A stretch of DNA of 64,000 nt. It comes from Candidatus Versatilivorator sp. (GTDB lineage: Bacteria > Acidobacteriota > Terriglobia > Versatilivoradales > Versatilivoraceae). This document shows, piece by piece, positions 8,832 to 18,345 of the stretch. The DNA is taken from contig OZ242296.1 of the NCBI GenBank assembly GCA_965207735.1, forward strand, positions 2,880,001 through 2,944,000. Direction: 5' to 3'. Within the stretch, counting starts at the first letter, position 1, and every line of letters starts with the position of its first letter. The notes under the pieces were generated by a model. It was not told the DNA's origin, ran no database searches, and worked only from the letters and a program-made list of their open reading frames with translations. The position numbers and the translations under genes are program-made.

Positions 8832-11800
8832 GACCCTTCCCTCGCAGATTTGCCGTCAGAGGTCCTCTCAACCAGTCGAGCCGCCATTGTCCCGGCAGCG
8901 GTGACGGTTCTTGTCACGAGCGACTCGAGTTCCTCGAATTGCGTGCAGTGCGGATGAAACAGGATGTCACCTTCGATGTAGACGCGGTCGGTCCGGTCTG
9001 CTGTGTCTGGGCGGACACACACCTTGACCAGACCCAACTCGTGCTGAAGCTCGTACAACTCGTCAAGCCCGTCTTCGTCGCGTTCAATGTCTAGAGGACC
9101 AACTGCGCTGCTACAGTGCAGCAAGGTCGCGTCTCCGGCTGCCTGAGACCGCAACTGCAATTGAAACCGCTGTTCCACTCCTTTCTCATCTGTGTCGCGA
9201 TGGATCAGCTTCGCTCGGTTCACGCGCGCGTTGCCTTCCCGTACCAATGGATCGTCCGCAGGAAAATCACGAATGGCGTAACGCTCTTGGAGAGTTGACC
9301 ACAGTTCCTGAAAATGCGCGAAATCTGCCTTAAGATTGCGTTTCTCGACAGATTTCGCCCCAAGTGTTCCTTTGCGCCACTGAGATAAAACTGGAAAGGC
9401 AGACTCCAGTTCGCCTTCGGGCACCGGGATTGAGTCGAGGTCTTCGAGCATTTCCCGGGCTGCATCGATTCGGCTGCCGAGCGCCTCCGAATCGCCCTTT
9501 TTTCGATGAATTAACTGCAAAAACCTGTTGAGACGGTGCAGTACCCTGCGAACTTGCAGAACCTCGACCGTATCTTGGAGGTGAGGATAGTAGACCTGGA
9601 GAAACTCACCGGCACCTGGAGTGCCGTCGGTTCCGTCCAGACGTCTTTGAACCAGCGAGCCGATGCGGTCAATGCGACCTGTGCGCTGTTCCATGGCCGA
9701 CGGCGTCCAAGTGATGCCGTAGTGAATAATATGCCGACAGAACGTGTGGAGGTCTTCACCCTCCTGAAGGACGTCAGTCGTTACCAGGGCGAGCGGGAAG
9801 CCAGGCATTCGAAACTGAGACACGAGCCGCTTGCTGACTCCCCCGGTCATCCTCCCGACCGGCACTTGCCGTTGGAGCGTAGCACCGAACCGACCGGCAA
9901 GTTGGTCCAGGTCTCCGGTGGGTATGTCTGGGAAGTTGACACCGACCAGCAGGTCGAACCACTTCGCGGCCTGGGAAAGCTCGTAAAATGCGTGAAAACC
10001 AGTCTGCTTGGACTGACGATACAGGAGTTCGACGAACGATCGTGCCAGATTTGGCACTGGAGCGCCCGAGTCGAATTCCTGGCGCAGAGTGAATGCGCCA
10101 AGCTGTTTGATGGCCAACAGATAGAGGTCGATATACGTAGCACCGAGGCGAGCCATTGCGCTCAGCAACTCACGGCGTTGTTCTCGCCTCCGGAACCGTT
10201 GGCGGAAGTTGTCGACAGAATCCTCGGGCCAAACCTGCTCTCTGAGGGTCTGACATTTTGCGAGTTCAGTGAAAAAACTCGTGAAGCCGATTGCTTGCTC
10301 GGGATCCGGAAAGCCTTCCGGCGGTTCAAGCGTCCCTCTGTGTGGATCGGGAAATCTTTCGTGTAGAACGACACGCGCTCGATCGCCTAGAGTTCCCCCA
10401 GCCTTCACGATCAACTCCAGGGCTGCTTGCTGGTACGCGAGAAACACCTGACGCCGGGGATAGCCCTTCGCTCTATGCGTGAGACGCTTGAAGTGCCAGT
10501 AGGCGCAAGTCTTGAGGGTGTCGACAAGTTCGGGAATCGACATTTTGGAGATGCGAGCGATTCTGTCGAGCGGATCCTCTGGCCTGCCCAATAACCAACT
10601 GACATAGTCGTCCTCGAAGAAGGTGGCGTAGACCGAGCTGTGACTTGACAAACGATTCTTCTGAAACGCCGCACCCGATAAAATTCCCTGGGGACCCCTG
10701 CCTCGAAAAAACCACGAGAAGAACGTTTCCGTGCTCCCCTCGTCATCGTCGCCAATACCGCTACGTTCTTCGGGGAGCTCATCCGGGTGATCTTCCTTTT
10801 CATCTAAGGGGAGCACCTCAACTTGTTGCTCTGGTCGCATCGCCCTTTCGCGCTTGTACTGGTTGAACAGCCTTTCGATTTCGTTAGATAACTCCGGGAG
10901 GAATGTCTCCATGCGATTCCGTAGCCAGCGGTCGAAGTGTGCGTCCAACTTTGCTGCCAACTCATCAACTGTCCTGACACGACGTACAAAAACCAGAACC
11001 TTGTCGCCACTGTCAAACATGTGGGCAAATGAGTTGGCAGTACTGTCGAGCTTCGGGTGAGGGAGTGTCGCATGGAATCTGGAACGATGGGACTCAACCA
11101 TTGCCGCAATGGCATCAGTGTCGACTCCAAGACGTTCTTCCACCGTGTCTCCCTGGCTACCGTCGAAGCTCGACGTCGGACCATCTTCGTGCTCGCCTGC
11201 CACCTGTTCTAACCGCCTGGAGCTCCGATTGCGCGTCCCGACCGTTTCCAGAAAACTCTCAAACGAGGACAGCATTCCGATCTGAAAATTGTTCTGGAAC
11301 TTTTCATCCCCGAGGACTTCCGCAACCTTTTTCTGCATCAGGCCAACGACCAGTCGCTGCTTGGGGTCGTCGATCCGTATGGGCAGGTCGTGATTCCGAT
11401 AGCCACCTTGACGCCATTCCCGTCGATACATGTTCTTCGTGTAGCGTCGTCCTGCGATCCTGAGGCTCCCCACACGCCGAACCATGAGTCGACCAACGAT
11501 GTCACGCTTCTCGTCCTCCGAGACATCGGAGTTGAGCAGGAGATCGACGCTGACCGGATCTGCGCCATTTGCGTCCCACAACCTAGTTTTGCCAAAGCCG
11601 AACACCTCGAGCTGGCGTTGTATTGCCGCGTAATCATCCTCGAAGGGGGTCGCCGAGAGGAGCAATACGCGCGCGGGCTTGTGTCGGTACCACGGATGTT
11701 CGTCGGCATGGCCATCTGGATGTCCAAACGCAAGGCCCATGACTCGGTTACGAGTACTGACGTTAGGACCGAATCCATGCTTGAGGTTGTGCCCTTCATC

Positions 11801-12415
11801 AATCACCAGCAGGTCAATCGGAGGCACGGCAGCGTTGATGGCGCATCCGTAGGCATCGCGGAATGCTTCCGGCGTCTCCGCCGATAGAACTTGCCGAGGC
11901 AGCCACCTGACACGTTCCAATAGGCGCCTTCGTAGTCGACTTCGGCGTTCCGGAACCTTGACGGCGAGGCTGAAGCTCGTCATGCGAAGGAAGAAGTCGC
12001 GGTCGGCGTTGAGTAGAGTTTCGCCTGCAAAGTCGAGCAGGCTGTTGCAGTACACTGGCTCCCAGGCTGGTTTACCCTGGAGAGACTTGACACGGTTACC
12101 GGTCAGTCTCCAGTTGAGCCGAACGAAGTTCTTGAGCTCCTTGATCCACTTCCGCTGAATATTCTCGCGCGGGGCGACGACGGCGATACGCGCGTGTGGA
12201 TTGAAATATCGTGTCAACCCCATGACGCCGAGCGCAACGTAGGTCTTGCCCATGCCGACTTCGTCAGCCAAGTAGGCGCACCGGTTTTGCTGCAGCATGT
12301 TGAAGAGCGCGACCGTTCCTTCAAGTTGCTGCTCGGCGAAGCCAAACCCCTTTGCGAGCACGGTCGGGGCGAAGTCGATGAGCTCTTGAACAAACGAGGG
12401 CGTGACGGTGTTCAT
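8828..12415 (-). CDS. Large SF2 (SNF2-like) helicase/ATPase, gene 3
   Basis: LADEVGMGKT (I), IDEGH (II), LSATP (III), KVLVF (IV), TDVLQEGEDL (V), EQRTGRIDR (VI); long insertion between IV and V; ATGA overlap with the PLD gene. Confidence 0.93.
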   Translation of the reverse strand: MNTVTPSFVQELIDFAPTVLAKGFGFAEQQLEGTVALFNMLQQNRCAYLADEVGMGKTYVALGVMGLTRYFNPHARIAVVAPRENIQRKWIKELKNFVRLNWRLTGNRVKSLQGKPAWEPVYCNSLLDFAGETLLNADRDFFLRMTSFSLAVKVPERRSRLRRRLLERVRWLPRQVLSAETPEAFRDAYGCAINAAVPPIDLLVIDEGHNLKHGFGPNVSTRNRVMGLAFGHPDGHADEHPWYRHKPARVLLLSATPFEDDYAAIQRQLEVFGFGKTRLWDANGADPVSVDLLLNSDVSEDEKRDIVGRLMVRRVGSLRIAGRRYTKNMYRREWRQGGYRNHDLPIRIDDPKQRLVVGLMQKKVAEVLGDEKFQNNFQIGMLSSFESFLETVGTRNRSSRRLEQVAGEHEDGPTSSFDGSQGDTVEERLGVDTDAIAAMVESHRSRFHATLPHPKLDSTANSFAHMFDSGDKVLVFVRRVRTVDELAAKLDAHFDRWLRNRMETFLPELSNEIERLFNQYKRERAMRPEQQVEVLPLDEKEDHPDELPEERSGIGDDDEGSTETFFSWFFRGRGPQGILSGAAFQKNRLSSHSSVYATFFEDDYVSWLLGRPEDPLDRIARISKMSIPELVDTLKTCAYWHFKRLTHRAKGYPRRQVFLAYQQAALELIVKAGGTLGDRARVVLHERFPDPHRGTLEPPEGFPDPEQAIGFTSFFTELAKCQTLREQVWPEDSVDNFRQRFRRREQRRELLSAMARLGATYIDLYLLAIKQLGAFTLRQEFDSGAPVPNLARSFVELLYRQSKQTGFHAFYELSQAAKWFDLLVGVNFPDIPTGDLDQLAGRFGATLQRQVPVGRMTGGVSKRLVSQFRMPGFPLALVTTDVLQEGEDLHTFCRHIIHYGITWTPSAMEQRTGRIDRIGSLVQRRLDGTDGTPGAGEFLQVYYPHLQDTVEVLQVRRVLHRLNRFLQLIHRKKGDSEALGSRIDAAREMLEDLDSIPVPEGELESAFPVLSQWRKGTLGAKSVEKRNLKADFAHFQELWSTLQERYAIRDFPADDPLVREGNARVNRAKLIHRDTDEKGVEQRFQLQLRSQAAGDATLLHCSSAVGPLDIERDEDGLDELYELQHELGLVKVCVRPDTADRTDRVYIEGDILFHPHCTQFEELESLVTRTVTAAGTMAARLVERTSDGKSAREGS

Positions 12416-14490
12416 CGCCAGCTATCACCCTGAGCAACAGGCCGAAGGAAGACTTCTTCGTACCACTGCAGGAAGTCGTCGGCCTCCGGTTCGTGGAGTT
12501 TAAGCATGCTCCGTAGACGAGGGAGATGGCTTAGCTGCTCATCCAAGCGTTTGACATGTAACGCTCGACTCCCGAAAAATTTCTCGTGCCGACGCCCGAA
12601 CTTGTGCCTCAACTGCTTCGCGCACAACAGCGTTACGTACGCAAGAATCGGATCACTGTCTGGCTGTTTAAGCACGTTGGCGAGCAGATTGGGGAGAGAA
12701 TCGTACTTGGCACCGAGCAAGCGAGCTTCCGCCACGTTTTCGCGTCCGTTCCCAAGGGCTTCGTCAATGGACCGCTCGAAACAGCCAAAGCCGTGATAGA
12801 TGCCGGCGAAGCGGTCGAAGAGAGTATCTCGTGCACGTAATCTGTCGGTGCGGGAGACAGCCAAGCCTTCGACTTGATCGGGAATACGAGATTCCATGAA
12901 CTGTGCGCGCTGTGCCGGAGTGAGCAAGGACCAGTACTCTAGTATCTCCGCAGGAGTCAATTCCAGGAGGAGCGATGGACGATGTCCCATGTTCTCTTCC
13001 CTTATTAGGACACGCCCGGAATTAACGCCGTAGCGAACGACGAGAAAGCTCGTGGAACGCAGTAGGTTCTGCAGGCGGTCCGAGACATCTTTATCAAATG
13101 CGGTCCAGCGACAATTGACAGGATTGTTGATGGTCGCGAGCGCTTCCCCAGCAGTCGTCAGGACGGTGAATCCGTCAGGCGCATGGTCCTCGAGTCGGTA
13201 ACTGAACTCTTTTTTTCCCCAGTCGAATCGAAGGCTGAGGTTCAGCCCAACAGCATCGCAACCGTCTTCGTTTGTTGGCGTGTTAGGAACAAATCGATCA
13301 GCGTCTCGGTCCAGAGGGTCCAACCACCAATGACGGGCGTACCGAGCTTGGCTGAAATCGACAAGAAACGCCGCCTCCAGGTTTCCCGCACCGCCGTGGG
13401 AATGACCGGCTCTTGTGAGATTCGGTGAACCGACCAACAAGAGATCCGGACCGCCCCGCTTCCAGAATCGATATACCTTGGCGTGAACTCGTCGCGAAAC
13501 GAGGCGCTCGCTTAGACGGTCGCGCCCTCTGCTGACCACCTCCCCCGGGAACCGTGCCCACTGGGTGGAATCAAGATCCCTGATCGCTTCGTAAGTGTCC
13601 CGTGTGACGAGAGATGTGCCGTCGGAATCCGTTGGATGAAAAATCCGTATCTCTTTCGGTCGAACGGCGCCGATGAGCTCTCGCAGGGGACCCTCACCTT
13701 GCGAATCGAAAAATGGCGAGATGACCTCAAGGTTCAAGTCGTGCTTATCGAGAGAGAACTGCCGTAGCCACGTAGAGAGCGACTCGCGGCTCTGTCCCGC
13801 AAAAATCCGCGTGTGATAGCTGTTATCCGAGTGTCTCCGCGCAACGTGACCGCGTTGCGTTCTCTGGAGAAGAAAATTCCTGATTGCCTCTAACGCGGAC
13901 TGGTCGTCTGTATCGCTGGCCGAAAGTCGAATTCTTCGAATAATTGAAAGCAAGTCAGATCGAAATGATTGTCGCTTTCCATCGACAGCACGATCCTTGA
14001 TCTCCTCAATATGGGCACACTCGACGTTTTCCCACCAGCCAGCCCGGGTCAGGTTAGCCGAAAGAATGCCGACGATCAGCGCCATATGGGTAGACGCCGG
14101 CTCTCCTCCGTTACGACCAATGGCATTGTCATCGCTGTTCCGTTCCTGAACGAGGAGCAAAATCACCTTTGGATGGAAATAGCCGGTTCTTCGACTGACG
14201 TCCAGGCGACGGTAGTCCAATTGCGCCGGTTCGCCGTCCTGAGCGAGCGCCCGCCGGTCGTAGTACACGGCCAAATGATCGATCGTGCCAAGGGCATCCT
14301 CGAGCTGCAAACGCCGCACCTTCTCGGGCTGGCTGAAGGGACGGTCGAACAAAACCGGCAGGATATGGAGTTCAAAAAAGCCTGGGTCGAAGCTAAAGGT
14401 CGTGAAGACGGCGGTCTTCACCTGCCGCCCATCAATGGCATCGGCCACCTGCTCGGTAAGCACTTCGAGGGGAATGAGATGCGAGGACAT
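12412..14490 (-). CDS. Phospholipase D-family nuclease with two HxK half-sites, gene 2
   Basis: TTFSFD...FHPKVILL...SANLTRAG and VISPFF...VHAKVYRF...VGSPNLTRAG. Confidence 0.88.
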   Translation of the reverse strand: MSSHLIPLEVLTEQVADAIDGRQVKTAVFTTFSFDPGFFELHILPVLFDRPFSQPEKVRRLQLEDALGTIDHLAVYYDRRALAQDGEPAQLDYRRLDVSRRTGYFHPKVILLLVQERNSDDNAIGRNGGEPASTHMALIVGILSANLTRAGWWENVECAHIEEIKDRAVDGKRQSFRSDLLSIIRRIRLSASDTDDQSALEAIRNFLLQRTQRGHVARRHSDNSYHTRIFAGQSRESLSTWLRQFSLDKHDLNLEVISPFFDSQGEGPLRELIGAVRPKEIRIFHPTDSDGTSLVTRDTYEAIRDLDSTQWARFPGEVVSRGRDRLSERLVSRRVHAKVYRFWKRGGPDLLLVGSPNLTRAGHSHGGAGNLEAAFLVDFSQARYARHWWLDPLDRDADRFVPNTPTNEDGCDAVGLNLSLRFDWGKKEFSYRLEDHAPDGFTVLTTAGEALATINNPVNCRWTAFDKDVSDRLQNLLRSTSFLVVRYGVNSGRVLIREENMGHRPSLLLELTPAEILEYWSLLTPAQRAQFMESRIPDQVEGLAVSRTDRLRARDTLFDRFAGIYHGFGCFERSIDEALGNGRENVAEARLLGAKYDSLPNLLANVLKQPDSDPILAYVTLLCAKQLRHKFGRRHEKFFGSRALHVKRLDEQLSHLPRLRSMLKLHEPEADDFLQWYEEVFLRPVAQGDSWR

Positions 14491-14493
14491 GGG

Positions 14494-15771
14494 TTAGTGC
14501 TGCAACTGCCGAGTGACGCTCTTGAGAGCGTCCACGAAATAGCTGTTCATCCAAAGCTCGGGTAGTTCGTGCTTTGGGGGTAGGGGCTGTTCAGCACCGC
14601 GATATCTCACGTCAAGTCGCGTACCGTCGCCGATGCGCGCCCAGGGAGCCCCACCACGGGTTTGCATCACCTGCTCGTTCCATGCCAGAAGTCCCTGGAT
14701 AGCCGCCTCATAGTCTCCTCTCTGCAAGGCTGCGTGGACCTCATTCATTCGGGAATCAACGGATACGGAGGAGGTTGATCGAATCTCGGCAAGCATTTCT
14801 GCAAAGGCCGAGGGTTCAAGATTTGGGACACGTGCACCCCAGACTTGGCGCACCTCGGAGGCGACGTCTGAGAGGCGCTGACCATCACGAGTCAGCACGT
14901 GCTGGAAGAGCGCGGCGGCTGGTGCAAGAAGAGCTTCGAGGTGGGCGATCCGCTCAAGAGAGTTTGCAAGCCCTGGGTCCGATCGTCTTGCTCGTTTGGA
15001 GAGATGGACTATCTCGGCGCGTCCCGTGGGTTCGTTCAGCTTAGATTCCGACTCCAATAGGCGCCGGAACCTTTCCTGTCGCCCTGATTTTGCACCGTCG
15101 ACCTCTTTCCCGTCTCGCAGGTAGGAGCCGTAGAATTCGAATTCAATGGAGCTGAATCTCGGGTCCAAAACCTCGGACAGCGCGGAGAAGAGGGCGTTGC
15201 TTTCGTGGGTTCGAAGTTTGCCCCCTCGGGCAAGCAGTTTTCGCAGTTTGGCCGCCGAGCCGTTCAGTCTACTGATGTAGTTGTGCTCAATGAACTCTCG
15301 GGCAACCGGGGCTACATCACGAGTGGCATCCGGGAGCAAGCCAGAGGTGCGGGCAGGAACCGAATACAAGCCCCAGAGCCCATAGACTTTCTGGTCGGCC
15401 AGGATCATGCTTCGCCGGTCAGCGGAAATACTCACATAACCAGCTTGCTCATGGACAAAGCGCTTTACACGCTCGATGCCACGGATTTCCCCTTCAACTG
15501 CATGGCCGACGTACCGCACATAGGCACCAATCTGTTCCATCCGTAGGAAGATGTCGAGCGCATCTTCCGGAGCAGCCAAGCCTCCTTCTACGAGATCAGC
15601 CGCAAAATAGCGGCCGAGCAGGAGAGTCGTGAAACCTCGAACGGAAGTACTTTGAGTGGTAAGGTTGGTGACAATGTGGCGGCCAAACGCGGTCCAAATG
15701 GGTTGGACACCTAACGGATCGCGCGATCCGCTAATCTTGGCATTGGGGTCTTCCAGAGTGAGGAAAGGCAC
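14494..15771 (-). CDS. Uncharacterised 'GSRDPLG' protein (DUF6361/ZacA-like?), gene 1
   Basis: Start moved to GTG 15771 (VPFLTLEDPNAKISGSRDPLG), just below a sigma70 promoter; motif VYGLWGLYSVP..SGLL; ends 3 bp before the PLD start. The family name is recalled, not searched. Confidence 0.75.
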   Translation of the reverse strand: MPFLTLEDPNAKISGSRDPLGVQPIWTAFGRHIVTNLTTQSTSVRGFTTLLLGRYFAADLVEGGLAAPEDALDIFLRMEQIGAYVRYVGHAVEGEIRGIERVKRFVHEQAGYVSISADRRSMILADQKVYGLWGLYSVPARTSGLLPDATRDVAPVAREFIEHNYISRLNGSAAKLRKLLARGGKLRTHESNALFSALSEVLDPRFSSIEFEFYGSYLRDGKEVDGAKSGRQERFRRLLESESKLNEPTGRAEIVHLSKRARRSDPGLANSLERIAHLEALLAPAAALFQHVLTRDGQRLSDVASEVRQVWGARVPNLEPSAFAEMLAEIRSTSSVSVDSRMNEVHAALQRGDYEAAIQGLLAWNEQVMQTRGGAPWARIGDGTRLDVRYRGAEQPLPPKHELPELWMNSYFVDALKSVTRQLQH

Positions 15772-15781
15772 GGCGTGAAGA

Positions 15782-15810
15782 AAGTTATAGAGAATCGAGG
15801 TTGTTGTCAA
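15782..15810 (-). promoter_or_regulatory. Sigma70-type promoter of the four-gene operon
   Basis: Minus strand TTGACA-N17-TAACTT, 10 nt above GTG 15771; no SD, so possibly near-leaderless. Confidence 0.65.
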
Positions 15811-16087
15811 CGCCACTGGGATTGAGCTTGGCGCGTGTACGGGCCTCAATCGGAGAGCGAGAGATCTCGAATTCGGGACCAAGTCGCTGGTAGGCTTTGC
15901 GGTATTCTGGATCCTCGCTCCATTTCTCGTGCAGATCGGCCACCTTGCTCATTTCGTTACCTCTCCGGCGCGCCTCAGCGCCAGTTCAATTTCTCGGCGG
16001 GGCGCAGCCTGCCGGCAACTGCTGTGCACGTTTGGCGAGGCATCGGCTTTCCTCCGACTATCTGTCGCGACCCCGAACCAAAGCGCA

Positions 16088-16120
16088 GTTTTTCCTGTAA
16101 TTCAACAACGTCCCCTATTT
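16088..16120 (-). repeat. Family G junction repeat (TAGGGGACGTTGTTGAATTAC...), single copy
   Basis: Plus strand gtttttcctgtaattcaacaacgtcccctattt matches copies at 25.7, 40.4-40.6 and 60.9-61.4 kb. Confidence 0.85.
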
Positions 16121-16165
16121 GTCTGCTGGCCAGCGATATTTTAGCCTTGGGACCTGCAGGCGAGC

Positions 16166-16933
16166 CTATTCGGGAGCTTTTCTTTGGCGCTTGATAGTCA
16201 GGGGAGTGGACTGGCCTGACTGCTTCCAGTGGCCCACGATCTCGGACCCGTCCGGGCTGAGGGTTCCTTCGAAGGCTGCGGGCGGCCTGTTGAGCCTGAG
16301 CCGAACGGAGTTGTCCGTGACCCTTATGTGGGAGAGCTTCAGCCCCATCGCCCCCTGGTCCAGGCTGTCGAGCGTCCCGCTGAAGCCCTCGGCCTGGTCA
16401 TGGTCGATCCTGAAGAGCAACCGCAAACTGATCTGCGCGACCTCCAGGCGACCGAACCAGATCCCGGCCAGACCCTCGCCCGGAACCCCTTCGATGGGTG
16501 GCGGTGGCGGCTTCGGGGCCGCGACCGTCGCCGGATCCACCTCACCGGTTCGTTCGAGCTTGAAGGGGAAGCGGCCGCCCCCCTGGCTAAAGGTACCAAA
16601 TAGCTGCCGGCCGTCTTTGGAGAGTTTTCCGTGGAATCGAGGAGTCCCGGGCACACCCTCCATTGAGAACGACGCCTTGCTCCCATCCACTTTTACGTTC
16701 GAGAGAAGGAAATCCGAGAGCCCCTGTACCGGAATGCTGATCTTGCCGGCCCAGACTTCCGCCGGGGTAGGGGCAAGATCGACGATAACTCCCAAGGCTT
16801 GACCGGGCGTCTCGATCGCTCCCTCCCAACGGCCCTGTCCCCGGGGGTTCGATTGCCGGGCATGAAGGGATCCGTCCAAAACCAGCAGCAGAAAGCAGAG
16901 ATAAAGCACCGGCGGCTTTGCAGCAGAGTTCAT
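16166..16933 (-). CDS. Secreted protein with two tandem beta-rich domains
   Basis: Signal peptide; two repeats (G.W.G.I/L...QG...L...F.G.LS.DG..L.G.F/W.Q.G...P...R) joined by a Pro-rich linker. Confidence 0.75.
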   Translation of the reverse strand: MNSAAKPPVLYLCFLLLVLDGSLHARQSNPRGQGRWEGAIETPGQALGVIVDLAPTPAEVWAGKISIPVQGLSDFLLSNVKVDGSKASFSMEGVPGTPRFHGKLSKDGRQLFGTFSQGGGRFPFKLERTGEVDPATVAAPKPPPPPIEGVPGEGLAGIWFGRLEVAQISLRLLFRIDHDQAEGFSGTLDSLDQGAMGLKLSHIRVTDNSVRLRLNRPPAAFEGTLSPDGSEIVGHWKQSGQSTPLTIKRQRKAPE

Positions 16934-16951
16934 GGATGACGTTCCTCGCGC

Positions 16952-17389
16952 TCAGCTCCAGACGGCGATGACCACCGCCTGCCCCAGAAGGGAAACCGCG
17001 TTGAAGCCCAGGCTGAGCCAGAAGAGCCCCGCCTTGCGGCCCTCGTAGGCCCACGCCTGATAGAAAACCGGGAGAACGAAAGCGATCAGGGCCATCAGCG
17101 CCAGGTGGACCCCCACCATGGCGTTGCCGGCACCCCCGGTCATCGAGGAAACGCTCTCGGGTCCACCCATGCCGGCGAAGAGCTGGGCCAGGATGAAGGC
17201 GGTGACCAGCGCCAGCACGAAGCTGGCCCCGTGGGTCTTCAGGGGATTGAAGTTCTTCTGGATTTCCTCGGCGGTAGTCTCCATGAGTGCGAGCCACCGC
17301 TTGCCGAACAGCGGTCCGTACCAGAGGAAGCCGACAATCATGGGAACGATTCCGGCCACCAGTACCGCCAACAGGTTGACTTCATGCAT
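16952..17389 (-). CDS. DUF1761-like membrane protein
   Basis: NLLAVLVAGIVPMIVGFLWYGPLFGKRW signature; AAGGAGG SD before ATG 17389. Confidence 0.8.
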   Translation of the reverse strand: MHEVNLLAVLVAGIVPMIVGFLWYGPLFGKRWLALMETTAEEIQKNFNPLKTHGASFVLALVTAFILAQLFAGMGGPESVSSMTGGAGNAMVGVHLALMALIAFVLPVFYQAWAYEGRKAGLFWLSLGFNAVSLLGQAVVIAVWS

Positions 17390-17564
17390 GATCCTGTCCT
17401 CCTTAATTAGTGGGAGATGTCTACGGACTGCAGGGGCAGTATAGATGATTCGGCAATCGCCTGCGCGTCCCTGCCCCGGTCGCATGAACAAGCGATGCCG
17501 GCTTCATTCCAGTGTCGGCTGCTGGTAGACTACGACCAACCACCCGGACCCGAGTTGACACACC

Positions 17565-18317
17565 ATGAACCGACAACTGAAAACCCTTCTTCCCTTGTGT
17601 CTGTTGTGGCTTCCGGCCTGCAAAGTCACGGTCACCGACAGCACTTCCCCGACCGATCCTCCCGAACGCGGGCCGCGCACCCAGCCGGGCGCCAGCATGG
17701 AGATCTATGCGCCCGAGCAGCACGACCTCTACGACGGCCGCTTCATCATCTCGGGAGCTCGCATCCATCAAGTGGGCACGCTGAACGATGAGAGCCCCTG
17801 GGACCACATGGGCAATGACGGTTCGAATCTTCGGTCCGTCGAGGGCACGGTCGAGCTCGATGTCGATGAGATCAACAATACGGGAACGTTCCGCGCCGAG
17901 CTCGAGCTTCCCGAGGGCAGCTATGTGATCAACCTGGAAGAATTCAAGGAATTCTCACCCTGCCAGGACGGCGGCATCGCGGCCTGGCTGTTCGAGCACG
18001 GCGATTCCGGCTGCGGGGATGCTTACTGGCCCAAGAGCATTCTCTACGTGGCCGGATGGGGTATCGGCTCCGCCACCTTGAACGGAAAATCGCTCTACCA
18101 GGACTACCAGATTCACTTCATGGTCACCCAGGGCATGCGGGATCGGAACCTGGTGGCTCACTATCCTCACCCCGGAAAAAAGTCCCAGGCCGGCGCCGTC
18201 AACCCGGCCCTCCAGCAGCTGGACTTCTACATCCGCAGTCCTGAAACCAACGACGCCAATATTCCCAACCGCGAAGTGTTCGACCACTTCTTCGCCATGG
18301 AAGTGACCTGGAAATAG
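17565..18317 (+). CDS. Hypothetical lipoprotein
   Basis: Signal peptide ending LPAC (lipobox-like); 250 aa with host codon bias. Confidence 0.75.
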   Translation: MNRQLKTLLPLCLLWLPACKVTVTDSTSPTDPPERGPRTQPGASMEIYAPEQHDLYDGRFIISGARIHQVGTLNDESPWDHMGNDGSNLRSVEGTVELDVDEINNTGTFRAELELPEGSYVINLEEFKEFSPCQDGGIAAWLFEHGDSGCGDAYWPKSILYVAGWGIGSATLNGKSLYQDYQIHFMVTQGMRDRNLVAHYPHPGKKSQAGAVNPALQQLDFYIRSPETNDANIPNREVFDHFFAMEVTWK

Positions 18318-18345
18318 CCGGGCGAGGTTGCGACCCTGGGCTGGG

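Noticed and set aside
8427-15771. Operon as DISARM, BREX or a restriction-modification system
   Set aside because: No methyltransferase, DUF1998, PglZ or second helicase. The PLD is a large two-HxK protein, unlike the small DrmC.
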